A stretch of DNA of 64,000 bases from Candidatus Eiseniibacteriota bacterium (GTDB taxonomy: Bacteria > Eisenbacteria > RBG-16-71-46 > CAIMUX01 > VGJL01), in contig JBHGAY010000021.1 of NCBI GenBank assembly GCA_041946735.1, forward strand, positions 1-64,000, read 5' to 3'. The position numbers and the translations under genes are program-made. How positions within the stretch are numbered: the first letter of the stretch is position 1; every line of letters starts with the position of its first letter. A model generated the notes under the pieces. It made no database searches. It saw nothing but the letters and a program-made list of their open reading frames with translations, and had not been told where the DNA came from. This document shows positions 35,665-44,546 of this stretch, piece by piece.

Positions 35665-35694
35665 AACCTAAGACGAAACCCCTCTATGCCGCAA
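35665..35694 (-). promoter_or_regulatory. sigma70-type promoter of rimP-nusA-infB
   Basis: TTGCGG-N18-TAGGTT; predicted start at about 35658, the first base of the hairpin. Confidence 0.5.
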
Positions 35695-35718
35695 GGAGTT
35701 TCCCGTTTCAGGCTGTCT

Positions 35719-36732
35719 CTATTGGAGCTGGCCTCCGTAGAGCAAGTCGACCAGCAAGCGCCCCAGCTGGTCCAGGCTGTCCTTGGTGCATGCGCCCGGT
35801 AAGTCTCCAAGAGTGTGCCACTGGCGGTAGTCGAAGTCAATCAGGTCGACTGCGGGGATCCCTCGCTGGAGAAACGGGATGTGGTCGTCGAAGACGGCGT
35901 GGCAGACCTCATCTTCGAACGCGGGAAGCCGGAGCGCCATCGCGCGGGCAAAGATCAGGTCGTTCAACGATTTCGCGTACTGCTCGGAGTAAGCCTCGCG
36001 GCAGATGCGCATGTCCTTCCCTCCGACCATGTCGAGCACGAGGACCGCCCGGGGATAGGGAGGCACCAGGCGCGAGGCATGCTCGCGGGAGCCAAGCAGA
36101 TAGCCTGCCTCGTCCCCCTCCTCGCCCTGGTCTTCGCCATCGACGAGAAGGATCTCGACGGGGAGCGGCGGTGGATCGTCCCGGAACGTCTCGGCGAGGG
36201 CCAGAAGGACGGCGGTCCCGCTCGCCCCATCGTTGGCGCCCGGGATCGGCCGGGCGCGATTGGCAGGATCGGGATCCTGATCCGCCCGGGGACGGCTGTC
36301 CCAGTGGGCGACGAGCAGCAACGGAGCCCCACCCGATCCGAAGCGGGCAAGGACGTTGGTAAGGACCAGCTCAGGCTTTCCGTCCCCGGGAGCCGCCCGG
36401 AAGCGATGGGTGAGCACCTCGCCACCGGTCCCCTCGAGCGCCGACTGGAGGTAGGAAAGACAGGATTGATGCGCGGGGGTCCCCGGCACGCGCGGGCCGA
36501 AGCGGCACTGGGCCTCGAGGTGCGTCCATGCTCGGTCCGCGGGAAACGCCGGCGTCCGGCCCCCCGATGCGGCACGAACGACGACGGCGGGACCGCTGAG
36601 CAGGAAGAGCAGGCACAACAGCAAGCATCGCCGGCCGAGCAGGCAGGACCGCGGGACTTCGCGCAGCGACCGGCGGGCCTTTCGCCCGGCCGCCGGCGTC
36701 CTCGCGCTCCCTCGTTGGTTCGGCTGCTCCAT
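35719..36732 (-). CDS. M28-family peptidase / glutaminyl-cyclase-like exported enzyme
   Basis: Q..FGPRVPGT.AH, AHWDSRP.AD.D, GANDGASG, DGED, DMVG, DDH.PF, WHT..D; signal peptide. Only the 3' part of ORF 35719..39438 is the gene. Confidence 0.88.
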   Translation of the reverse strand: MEQPNQRGSARTPAAGRKARRSLREVPRSCLLGRRCLLLCLLFLLSGPAVVVRAASGGRTPAFPADRAWTHLEAQCRFGPRVPGTPAHQSCLSYLQSALEGTGGEVLTHRFRAAPGDGKPELVLTNVLARFGSGGAPLLLVAHWDSRPRADQDPDPANRARPIPGANDGASGTAVLLALAETFRDDPPPLPVEILLVDGEDQGEEGDEAGYLLGSREHASRLVPPYPRAVLVLDMVGGKDMRICREAYSEQYAKSLNDLIFARAMALRLPAFEDEVCHAVFDDHIPFLQRGIPAVDLIDFDYRQWHTLGDLPGACTKDSLDQLGRLLVDLLYGGQLQ

Positions 36733-36782
36733 CCGTCGCCCTCCGCCTTTCTCCCACCGGCAGCCGGCTTGTCGCTCCCCCG

Positions 36783-39700
36783 TCAGAAGTTGAAGGCCGC
36801 CGAGACCGTGATGCTGATGTAGCGCGCGGTGTTCGTCTTGTTCTTTTTGTCGCTGTCCTGTCCGAGGGTCAGGCCGGCGTTGCCGGTGATGCTGCTCGTG
36901 AAGTTGTAGCTGCCGGTCGTCGACAGGGCGTACTTCGCGATGTCCCGCGTGACGACGAGGTTTCCGCCCTGCCCGCTCTCCAGCCGATTGTCCTGATAGT
37001 CGAGGGCGAGCGAGAGATCGAGCTTGGAGGTCGCGCGCGACTGCTTCTTGGTGATCGGGTTCGTCACCACCCGCGTGAGGCTCAAGGTCTTGCGAAGGGT
37101 AAGCCCGACCTGGCGGCTTCGATCGCGCGTGAGGCTCCGCACGTTGCCGAACTGCTCCGACTCCCTCGAGGAGTAGGACGAGGTGAGCTTCGCCGAGATG
37201 CCGTTCTTGAGCGTCGCATCGAGGTTCAGCAGCGGCCGGAGATTCACGGTCGTTTCGGTGCGGTCCTTGGGGTTCGCGCTCGTTCCAACCTCCCGGGTCT
37301 CCCTGGTGTATCGGGAGCTGGCACGCAGGTCTTTCATGAGCGCCTGGAGTCCGAGCTTCTGGCCAAGCCTCCCCCAGTTGACGTCGAGGTCGGGGAACCG
37401 CCTCGTCCGCGTCGTCGTCGCCGCCCCGTTGACCGAGTTCTTGTTGAAGCCGTAAGCGTAGGACGTCCGGACCTGGATCTCCGACAGGAGCTTCAGATCG
37501 GTCGAGAGATTCAGGTCGCGCCGATTCCCCTGGGAGGAGTTGAACCCGTTGAGCTTCTCGACGCGCGCACCCGGGTCGCGGCTGAAGCCGAGCTGATAGG
37601 AGAGCGACGGCTCTCCCGAGACCCGATCGCTTCGGTCGGTCTTGCCGATCGTGTAGGTCGTGGAGATAGCCCCGAGCGAGAAGATCGAGGATCCCGACGA
37701 CCCGCCGCCGCGCGGAGCCCGTGGAGGCGGAGGAGCCTCGCCGGTCGAGTCGCCGGGCGCAGGCGCAGGCGCGTCGCCTCCTCCATCCCCGCCGCCGCCG
37801 CGCGCGATGCCGCCCAAGGCGCGCATCCATCGGTCGATCGGCAGCGAGCCGCTCAACGTCAGCGTGTTGGAGTTGCCGAAGCCGTTCGATCGTTGCTGCG
37901 CCCCCAGTCCACTGGAGGTGATGGAGTTGAACCGGCCGTCGAACGATCCGCTCCACGAAACGCGCGGCACGAGACTCTTGCCGAACAGAGGGATGGCCTG
38001 GCTCGCGGTCAGCTGGTGCCGCCGCGAGACCTCGGTTCCCAGCCGCAACCCGAAGACCCGTTTCGGCGCCGTCGGCAAGCGCAGATCGCGCGTCTGGTCG
38101 AACTGGTAGGTGATCGCCTCGATCGGCCTGAGACCGGTCGACCAGTTCATCGTGCCGTTGCGGGTGACGAGCCGGCGCGTCTCTTCGTAAGGCAGATCCA
38201 GGTCGTTGTCGGGGCGCCGGTACTCGATCCGCTTGTTCCATCCCCCCGTGAGGATCGTCTGGATGTTCGTTGGCATCAGACGGAGCTGCGTGTTCCGGTA
38301 GACGCGGATCGGAGGGCCACCGCCGAGCGGAAGCGCGTAGCTGATCGAGCCCGAGCGGGTCATCACGGTGTCGCGGCTCTCGGGCGTATTCGATATGTTG
38401 CTCGACAGATTCCCTGAAAGGCTGATGCGGTCGATCGTGTACTTGAGGATCGGATTCGCCGACGGAGACCGGGAGACGCTGAACTGCATGTCCCGGGACC
38501 GCGTCTCCGTAATGTTCTCGTCGCGCGCCTCGCCGGAGAGCACGAGGTCGCTGTTCGTCCGGAACTTCGGGACGTCCTTGGTCTGCGCCAGGTTCAGGCT
38601 GACGGGAAGCACGATGCCGCTCCCCTCCAGGAAACGGTCGACGTTGATCCGGGCGCCCGTGTTGAGGCTCGACCGGGTCACTCCGCTCCCCCGATCGCTG
38701 CCGATCTTCAGGAAGTCGGCGTCGGTCCGCTGGAAGCCAAAGTTCATGTCTCCGAGGCCGGCGAGGCCCAGGTTCATCGAGAACCGGCTGGCAAGGCCGG
38801 TATCGCGCTTGACCGACGCGAGGCGCAGCTCGTCGATCCAGACGTTGCCCGAAACGATCGTCGAAGGCCCCCGGCTGATGACGCCGAACGCGATCCGGCG
38901 GACCGACGTGAGGCTCGGGTTCCCCTTGAGCGAGATCGAAGCGCCGTTGCCGAGATCCCGGAATGCGACCAGGTTGCTGTCCGCCTGAAGATGGAGTTGC
39001 GACAGCATTCCCATGTCCACGGAGTGCAGGACCCATCCGTCGGTCACGGGAGCGCGGTACTCGTAGTAGTTGTCCTGATCGGAGTCGGCGTTCCGGGCGA
39101 AGCGGACGAAGAAGTCGAGATCGACCGGCACCTCCTCCCTCAGCCTTCGTTTCACGTAGAACTCGAGCTTTCGATAGAGGCTCGCGAAGTCCTGCGCGGC
39201 CGAGAACGTCCGGAAGACCGTCCCCGAGTGGCCGGGCGGGAAGTTGCGCATCTCGAGCGTCAGCGATTGCTCCCGCTCCTCGACGTCCTGGCGCTCGTCG
39301 GGCTTGAACGGGGGGTCGTACTCGGAGGTGGAATTGTCCTTGTTGTTGAGCACCGCCGGGAAGAAGTCCTCGCCGGGGAACAAGGAGGAGTCGGGTAGCG
39401 CGACGCCTAGCGAGTCCCGCACGCCTCCCTTCAGCCACCGGTTTCCGGTGATCTCGATCCCACCGATCTGGAGGTAGGCCTCGCTTCGGAATCCCTCGAC
39501 CCAGATGCGGACATGCTTGATCTGCTCCCAGTTAGGGAAGCCGACCTTCGTGTAGAAGGTCGGGGTCAGGGGGATCCGGATGCGGCGCCAACCGCGCGTG
39601 TATGGCGCGTACTTCGGATCCTGGTCCTGGGCCTGCGACGACTCGAATTCGACGAGAGGCTGCGGGTTCTTGTCGTCGTTCAGGTCGGCGACGAAGTGGA

Positions 39701-42700
39701 AGTACGCCTGGTTCTGGTCGAGCGTCAGGTTCCCGTTCAGGTCCTCGGAGTCGAGCCGGCCGTTGCCTTCCGTTCCGTTGATCCGGGCGTAGCGCTGGGT
39801 CCGGCCGGGATCCTCGGAAGGCTCGGCCCGATCCGCCTCCTCCTGCGTCTCCTGAAACGCCCAGTCGTCGTAGGCCGGATCGTCACCGCTGCCCTCCTGC
39901 GCGTTCGGGAGATTGTCGAGACCGACGTCCTCCCCCGTCCCCGAGCCCGGCGAGTCGAGCTGCCCGTCCTTGTTCACGTCTTCGGTATCGAGCTCGTGGT
40001 TCGGGAGGGTGAAGCTGTTCGGGCCCAGCTCCTCGGGCCGCACGCGATTCCAGATCGCGTCCTCCGACACGGTGCCGAGCTCGAGGTGGAGCCGGCCGGT
40101 CCGCTCCTCGCGCCGCTCGTAGGGGATGAAGTCGTTCACCCAGATGTCGAGGAATTGCGCGCGGGAGAGATCGATCGTGGAGCGCTGCGAAAGCGGCTGG
40201 ACGAGCGAGAACCACGATCGCCGCCGTTCCTCCTCGGTCGCGCCGTTGGGGAAGAAGTGCAGCTCGAGGATCGAGCGGTTGTCATCCTTCTCGGTGTCGG
40301 CGAGTCCGCCCCGGCTCTCGAGCGTCGGCTGCAGGTCGCCCTGCTTCACGGCGGCTCTCGGCGAGTACCACCACGCCTCTCCGCGCCTCTGCACCTTCTC
40401 CACCTGCGAGAGCCCCGGCACCGAATCGGGGACTGCCGACGGGAGCCATGCGGTTCGGTTCATCGAGATCGAGTTGAGGTCCTTCGCCCCCTCGAAGTCG
40501 TCGACGTACAGCTCGCCGCGAACGTTCGGGTTGGGCAGGGAGACTCCCATGCCCGCGTCGATCGCGATCGAGCCGGGATCGCGTGTGCGGACGCCGGGAA
40601 GCCCGTCGACGAGGGAGCCGATCAGCCAGGAAGGAGTCTTGTAGCTCGTCGCGAACTCGCCGACGACCGTCCGCGTCGGCTCCTGGCCGAGACGCGGGCG
40701 CCGGCCCTCGATGCCGGGCGCCCCCTTGCTCTCGTAGACCCACGTGGTCGAGAAGCCGAGCTTGTTGTCCTGCGACTTGTAGCTGAGCGCGCTGCCGGCG
40801 AGCGTCTTCTGCCCGCCTCCCCCAAACGGCAGGTAGCTGTAGCTCACCCGGATCTCGTCGGTGTCACGGACGTCGGCGGCGTCCAGAATCCGCACGACGC
40901 CCATGTCGTAGTCGATCGTGTAGTCCTTGTCGCGCTGGAGGGTGCGCCCGCCGGCGGTGACCGTTTCGGAGCCCTGAAGAAGGTTGAACGCGTTCAGAGC
41001 GATCTCGGAGACGGAGGTACGGGCCGTGACCTCGAACGAATACTGCGACAGGGTGTCGGCCACGGCGGTGAAGTCATTGCGGATGTAGAGGCCGGGCACC
41101 TGGTACTCCGCCGGAAGCTCCATCGGGCGATCGGCGAGGCAGCGGGCCTCGTCGATCGGCAGCGGGGCGAAGGGCTGCAGCTCGCAGAACATCACATAGC
41201 CGCTCTGCGTGTCGAGCCTGGCCTTGTCGATCTGTCCGTCGGGCCCAGGGGCCTGGTTCTCTCCCACTTCCGTGTACAGGTCGAGCCCCAGGATCTCGAG
41301 AAACGTCTTGTCGCCGATCCGGTCCGGGTTGGTGACTCCTCCTGTTGTCTTCTTGCGCCGGATCGCCACGCTCAGACCTTCGGGCGAGAGGTTCGAGCCG
41401 AGATCGTAGATGTTGCGCAGCTCGAGCTTCCTCGCGTCGGCGAAGACCCCCTGAGTGAGATCCCGTGGGTTCGTCCCCCCCATCCCCTCGGCGGGACGAA
41501 TCAGCTTCAAGACCAGGCTGTCCGGAGCGCCGGGGACCGGGCCGCCGATCTGCCGCCCGCCCGTGGTCTTGTAGGTGACGCCGATCGCCTTCGACATCTG
41601 GGGATCGAGGATCTGGCCGTCGTCGAGGATCAGCACCGGATAGCCGGTATAGACGTCGAGCTGGATCACGTAGTCGGTGCCGGAAAGCAGGCGGTTCCAC
41701 TCTCCCGTCGCGTTCGCCTCCTCGTGGACCGTCTGCGGGTTTCCGGAAAGGGTCACGTATCCCGGGACTGTCAGCTGCTCGAGGTTGTTCCGTCCGTCGC
41801 GGTCGTCGATCCAGACCTCGACGCTCGTCACGTCGAGATCGGAGAGTGGAGGGCCGTCCGGCTCGGTCAGGAAGAAGAACTTTCCCTGCACGTACTGGTA
41901 GTCCTGGATCGAGAAGGTGCGGGTCTCGGCGTTGCGCGTCAGGCTGCGGCTGTCGGTCTTCCCTTCCTGCTTGCTCAGGATTCCGCGCATCTCGACGTCG
42001 CCGACCTGCGCCAGGGCGTTGATGCCGAACAGGCCCTCGACCTTCCCGCTATAGGAGGCGTACTGCGTGCCGGGGAGCGAGAGGCTCGTGTTGCCGAGAT
42101 CGACCGACTGGAGCACCTCGTCCTGGTAGCCTTTGTAGTGGATCTTGATGCGGTTCGCGAGCGGCGTCGTCGCCTCGCTCGACTGATCGACGTCGACCGA
42201 GACCTTGTCGCCGATCGATCCCGTCAGCAACAGGTTCAGTTCCTGCTTCATGTCGAGCTGCGGGAACTTCGACTGGGATCGCTGGAACTCGGTGACGGGG
42301 CGGTCCGGGTACCAACGGCTGGTCCCGCTGAAGGAGATCCGCTCGCTCCCCGAGACCGTGAGGTTCGGCGCCCCTTTCCCGACGATGCTCGAGATCGCGC
42401 CCGGCATCTCGACCGGGAGATTCAAGCTGATCAGGCCGCCGGAGGTTTTCGCGTTGGGGTCCTTCAGCTGGATCCCGCGCTCCGCCTCGGCGACCCAGAG
42501 GTTACGGAAGGCGCGCCGGGTCATGCCGTCCACGTACGCCCCCATGTCCTGCCAGACCGGGGTGCGGACCGGCACGCCGCCGGCCGAGTAGGTCTCGAGC
42601 ACCCGGGAGGAATCGAGCTGGACGGAGACCTGGCGGGTGACGAGCTCGCGCTGCTCCCGTCTCTTCAGGTTCGCGGGAGGGAGCCAGCCAAGGCCGAGGC

Positions 42701-42989
42701 TGTCCTGGAGGAAGATGAAGTCCTCCAGGTACTCCGAACTGACGCCCAGCGAGTCCTCCCGCGCCCGCAGATTCTCTGGAAGCTCGCCGGAGCGGCGCAG
42801 GACGGCCCGCGCGCGGTAGCGGGAGGCGAGGCGGTAGAGGAGCGGATCGTCGTCGAAGCTCGACCGGGCGGCTCGATCCCATAGCCCGACGTACGCGTCC
42901 TCCCCCTCTCCGTGAAGAGGCGGCGCGAAGACGACGAAAACCGTCGTCCAGAGGAGGATCAGGGCTGGCCAGGCCTTGCGACGGAACAC
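36783..42989 (-). CDS. sprA: SprA/Sov-like giant outer-membrane protein (type IX secretion translocon homologue)
   Basis: ~2070 aa with signal peptide; IGDKVSV.VD, KIHY.G..DEV.Q....GN.SL.LP, GLFG, LRNIYDL, GSE.V..GG..L....DY.IDY..G, G.LYVDDFEG, LG.VSED, DTED...G.LD...EDVGLD, NGTEGN, VWIDELRL, C-terminal FNF; start uncertain (GTG 42989 or 43040). Confidence 0.85.
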   Translation of the reverse strand: MFRRKAWPALILLWTTVFVVFAPPLHGEGEDAYVGLWDRAARSSFDDDPLLYRLASRYRARAVLRRSGELPENLRAREDSLGVSSEYLEDFIFLQDSLGLGWLPPANLKRREQRELVTRQVSVQLDSSRVLETYSAGGVPVRTPVWQDMGAYVDGMTRRAFRNLWVAEAERGIQLKDPNAKTSGGLISLNLPVEMPGAISSIVGKGAPNLTVSGSERISFSGTSRWYPDRPVTEFQRSQSKFPQLDMKQELNLLLTGSIGDKVSVDVDQSSEATTPLANRIKIHYKGYQDEVLQSVDLGNTSLSLPGTQYASYSGKVEGLFGINALAQVGDVEMRGILSKQEGKTDSRSLTRNAETRTFSIQDYQYVQGKFFFLTEPDGPPLSDLDVTSVEVWIDDRDGRNNLEQLTVPGYVTLSGNPQTVHEEANATGEWNRLLSGTDYVIQLDVYTGYPVLILDDGQILDPQMSKAIGVTYKTTGGRQIGGPVPGAPDSLVLKLIRPAEGMGGTNPRDLTQGVFADARKLELRNIYDLGSNLSPEGLSVAIRRKKTTGGVTNPDRIGDKTFLEILGLDLYTEVGENQAPGPDGQIDKARLDTQSGYVMFCELQPFAPLPIDEARCLADRPMELPAEYQVPGLYIRNDFTAVADTLSQYSFEVTARTSVSEIALNAFNLLQGSETVTAGGRTLQRDKDYTIDYDMGVVRILDAADVRDTDEIRVSYSYLPFGGGGQKTLAGSALSYKSQDNKLGFSTTWVYESKGAPGIEGRRPRLGQEPTRTVVGEFATSYKTPSWLIGSLVDGLPGVRTRDPGSIAIDAGMGVSLPNPNVRGELYVDDFEGAKDLNSISMNRTAWLPSAVPDSVPGLSQVEKVQRRGEAWWYSPRAAVKQGDLQPTLESRGGLADTEKDDNRSILELHFFPNGATEEERRRSWFSLVQPLSQRSTIDLSRAQFLDIWVNDFIPYERREERTGRLHLELGTVSEDAIWNRVRPEELGPNSFTLPNHELDTEDVNKDGQLDSPGSGTGEDVGLDNLPNAQEGSGDDPAYDDWAFQETQEEADRAEPSEDPGRTQRYARINGTEGNGRLDSEDLNGNLTLDQNQAYFHFVADLNDDKNPQPLVEFESSQAQDQDPKYAPYTRGWRRIRIPLTPTFYTKVGFPNWEQIKHVRIWVEGFRSEAYLQIGGIEITGNRWLKGGVRDSLGVALPDSSLFPGEDFFPAVLNNKDNSTSEYDPPFKPDERQDVEEREQSLTLEMRNFPPGHSGTVFRTFSAAQDFASLYRKLEFYVKRRLREEVPVDLDFFVRFARNADSDQDNYYEYRAPVTDGWVLHSVDMGMLSQLHLQADSNLVAFRDLGNGASISLKGNPSLTSVRRIAFGVISRGPSTIVSGNVWIDELRLASVKRDTGLASRFSMNLGLAGLGDMNFGFQRTDADFLKIGSDRGSGVTRSSLNTGARINVDRFLEGSGIVLPVSLNLAQTKDVPKFRTNSDLVLSGEARDENITETRSRDMQFSVSRSPSANPILKYTIDRISLSGNLSSNISNTPESRDTVMTRSGSISYALPLGGGPPIRVYRNTQLRLMPTNIQTILTGGWNKRIEYRRPDNDLDLPYEETRRLVTRNGTMNWSTGLRPIEAITYQFDQTRDLRLPTAPKRVFGLRLGTEVSRRHQLTASQAIPLFGKSLVPRVSWSGSFDGRFNSITSSGLGAQQRSNGFGNSNTLTLSGSLPIDRWMRALGGIARGGGGDGGGDAPAPAPGDSTGEAPPPPRAPRGGGSSGSSIFSLGAISTTYTIGKTDRSDRVSGEPSLSYQLGFSRDPGARVEKLNGFNSSQGNRRDLNLSTDLKLLSEIQVRTSYAYGFNKNSVNGAATTTRTRRFPDLDVNWGRLGQKLGLQALMKDLRASSRYTRETREVGTSANPKDRTETTVNLRPLLNLDATLKNGISAKLTSSYSSRESEQFGNVRSLTRDRSRQVGLTLRKTLSLTRVVTNPITKKQSRATSKLDLSLALDYQDNRLESGQGGNLVVTRDIAKYALSTTGSYNFTSSITGNAGLTLGQDSDKKNKTNTARYISITVSAAFNF

Positions 42990-43130
42990 GAAACGCTCAT
43001 GATGGTGATGGTTTCGAGAGCAGACGGGGCGCCTCCCCACCTCTTCCGGGGCGGTTATACTCCGGCCCTGACACTCAGGGTCCCGGCCCCGATGGGGCAG
43101 GGGTCCATCGGATTACACACGGAGGGTCGT

Positions 43131-44546
43131 TTGGCGTCAAGACGCCGCCTGGTCCCGTTCGGGATCCTCTCGCGGTACATCGCTCGGCAGCTCGTCAAAC
43201 CGTTCCTCCTGGGATTCTCCGTCGTCACGTTCCTCCTCACCCTGGACTTCCTTCTCGACTACCTGAACCTGTTCCTCGGCAAAGGCATCTCCATCTGGAC
43301 CGTCTCGAAGCTCTTCGTCCTCGGCCTCGGCTGGATGGTGGCGCTCTCCGTCCCCTGCGGGGTGCTCGTCGCCGTCCTGATGGCCTACGGCCAGATGAGC
43401 CAGGACAACGAGATCACAGCGATGCGGGCGAGCGGCATCAACCTGATCGCCGCGATGGTCCCTTCCTTCCTCATGGCGGGAACGATCGCCGTCGGGCTCA
43501 CGGCATTCAACAACTATGTCCTGCCCGAGTCGAACCACGCCTTCGCGAACCTCGTGGCGCAGATCCACCGGGTGCGACCGACCGCGCAAATCCGCGAGGG
43601 GGTGTTCCTCGACGAGTTCGAGGGGTATGACCTCTTCATCGGCCGCCTGAACGACCGCACCGGCGAGATGAAGGACGTGCTGATCGTCGACGCGTCGGAG
43701 AACCGGCGGTTTCCGCGCACCATCGTCGCAAAGGAGGGAGATCTCTCCTTCGTCCCCGGCACCTCGACGCTCGTCCTGACCCTCCGCAACGGGGAGATCC
43801 ACGAGCTGGACCCCGACGCCCGGGAGGCACGCTACCGCCGCCTCGCCTTCGAGGAGCAGACGATGCAGCTCCAGGGCGCATCGGACGCGTTGCAGGGGGT
43901 CCGGCGCGGTCGCGGCCAGCGCGAGATGTCGGTCGGAGCGATGCGACAGGAGATTCGCCGGCTCGAGGAGGAGCGTGACAGCTACGAGGCCCAGGTCGAT
44001 TCGTCGCTCTCGGCCCTCGGGGTCTCCAGCCCGGAGCAGCTTCCTCCGCTCTCGCCCGAGGAGCGGCAGCCGAAGGGGATCACGAAGATCCTCGCCCCCC
44101 TCGCCGCCCTCTTCGGCGGGCGCCGACCGCCGCCGGCGCCGGCCGAGGACCTCGATCCGGAGCTGAGGCGCCAGATCGAGGAGCTGCGGATGCGCGTGCT
44201 CCAGAGGGAGTCGGTGGAGAAGCGGATCGACTCCTTTCGAGTCGAGATCCAGAAGAAGTTCTCGATCCCGTTCGCCTGCCTCGTCTTCGTGCTGGTCGGC
44301 GCGCCGCTCGGCATGCGGGCCCGCCGCGGGGGGCTGGCGGTCGGATTCCTCTCCGTCGCCTTCTTCCTCTTCTATTACCTCTGCCTGATCGGAGGCGAGC
44401 AGCTCGCCGATCGTGGCCTGCTCTCCCCCTGGCTCGCCATGTGGATTCCGAACTTCGTCCTCGGCGGCCTGGGCCTCCGTGAGACGGTGCGGGTCGCCAC
44501 GACCGGCTTTGCGGTTTCCGCATCGCGCAAGGTGCGGCGGCAATGA
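43131..44546 (+). CDS. lptF: LPS export permease LptF (YjgP/YjgQ family)
   Basis: ILSRYI, SQDNEITAMRASG, EIQKKFSIPFACLVF.L.GAPLG, W.PN; TTG start 5 nt after GGAGG. Confidence 0.9.
   Translation: MASRRRLVPFGILSRYIARQLVKPFLLGFSVVTFLLTLDFLLDYLNLFLGKGISIWTVSKLFVLGLGWMVALSVPCGVLVAVLMAYGQMSQDNEITAMRASGINLIAAMVPSFLMAGTIAVGLTAFNNYVLPESNHAFANLVAQIHRVRPTAQIREGVFLDEFEGYDLFIGRLNDRTGEMKDVLIVDASENRRFPRTIVAKEGDLSFVPGTSTLVLTLRNGEIHELDPDAREARYRRLAFEEQTMQLQGASDALQGVRRGRGQREMSVGAMRQEIRRLEEERDSYEAQVDSSLSALGVSSPEQLPPLSPEERQPKGITKILAPLAALFGGRRPPPAPAEDLDPELRRQIEELRMRVLQRESVEKRIDSFRVEIQKKFSIPFACLVFVLVGAPLGMRARRGGLAVGFLSVAFFLFYYLCLIGGEQLADRGLLSPWLAMWIPNFVLGGLGLRETVRVATTGFAVSASRKVRRQ

Noticed and set aside
36733..39438. 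N-terminal ~900 aa of ORF 35719..39438, suggesting a giant M28 fusion
   Set aside because: Out-of-frame overlap with sprA, Arg/Pro-rich nonsense; the real gene starts near 36732
42995..43040. HHHH run at the start of the longest sprA ORF
   Set aside because: Probably upstream of the true start; no attenuator context or metal-related gene
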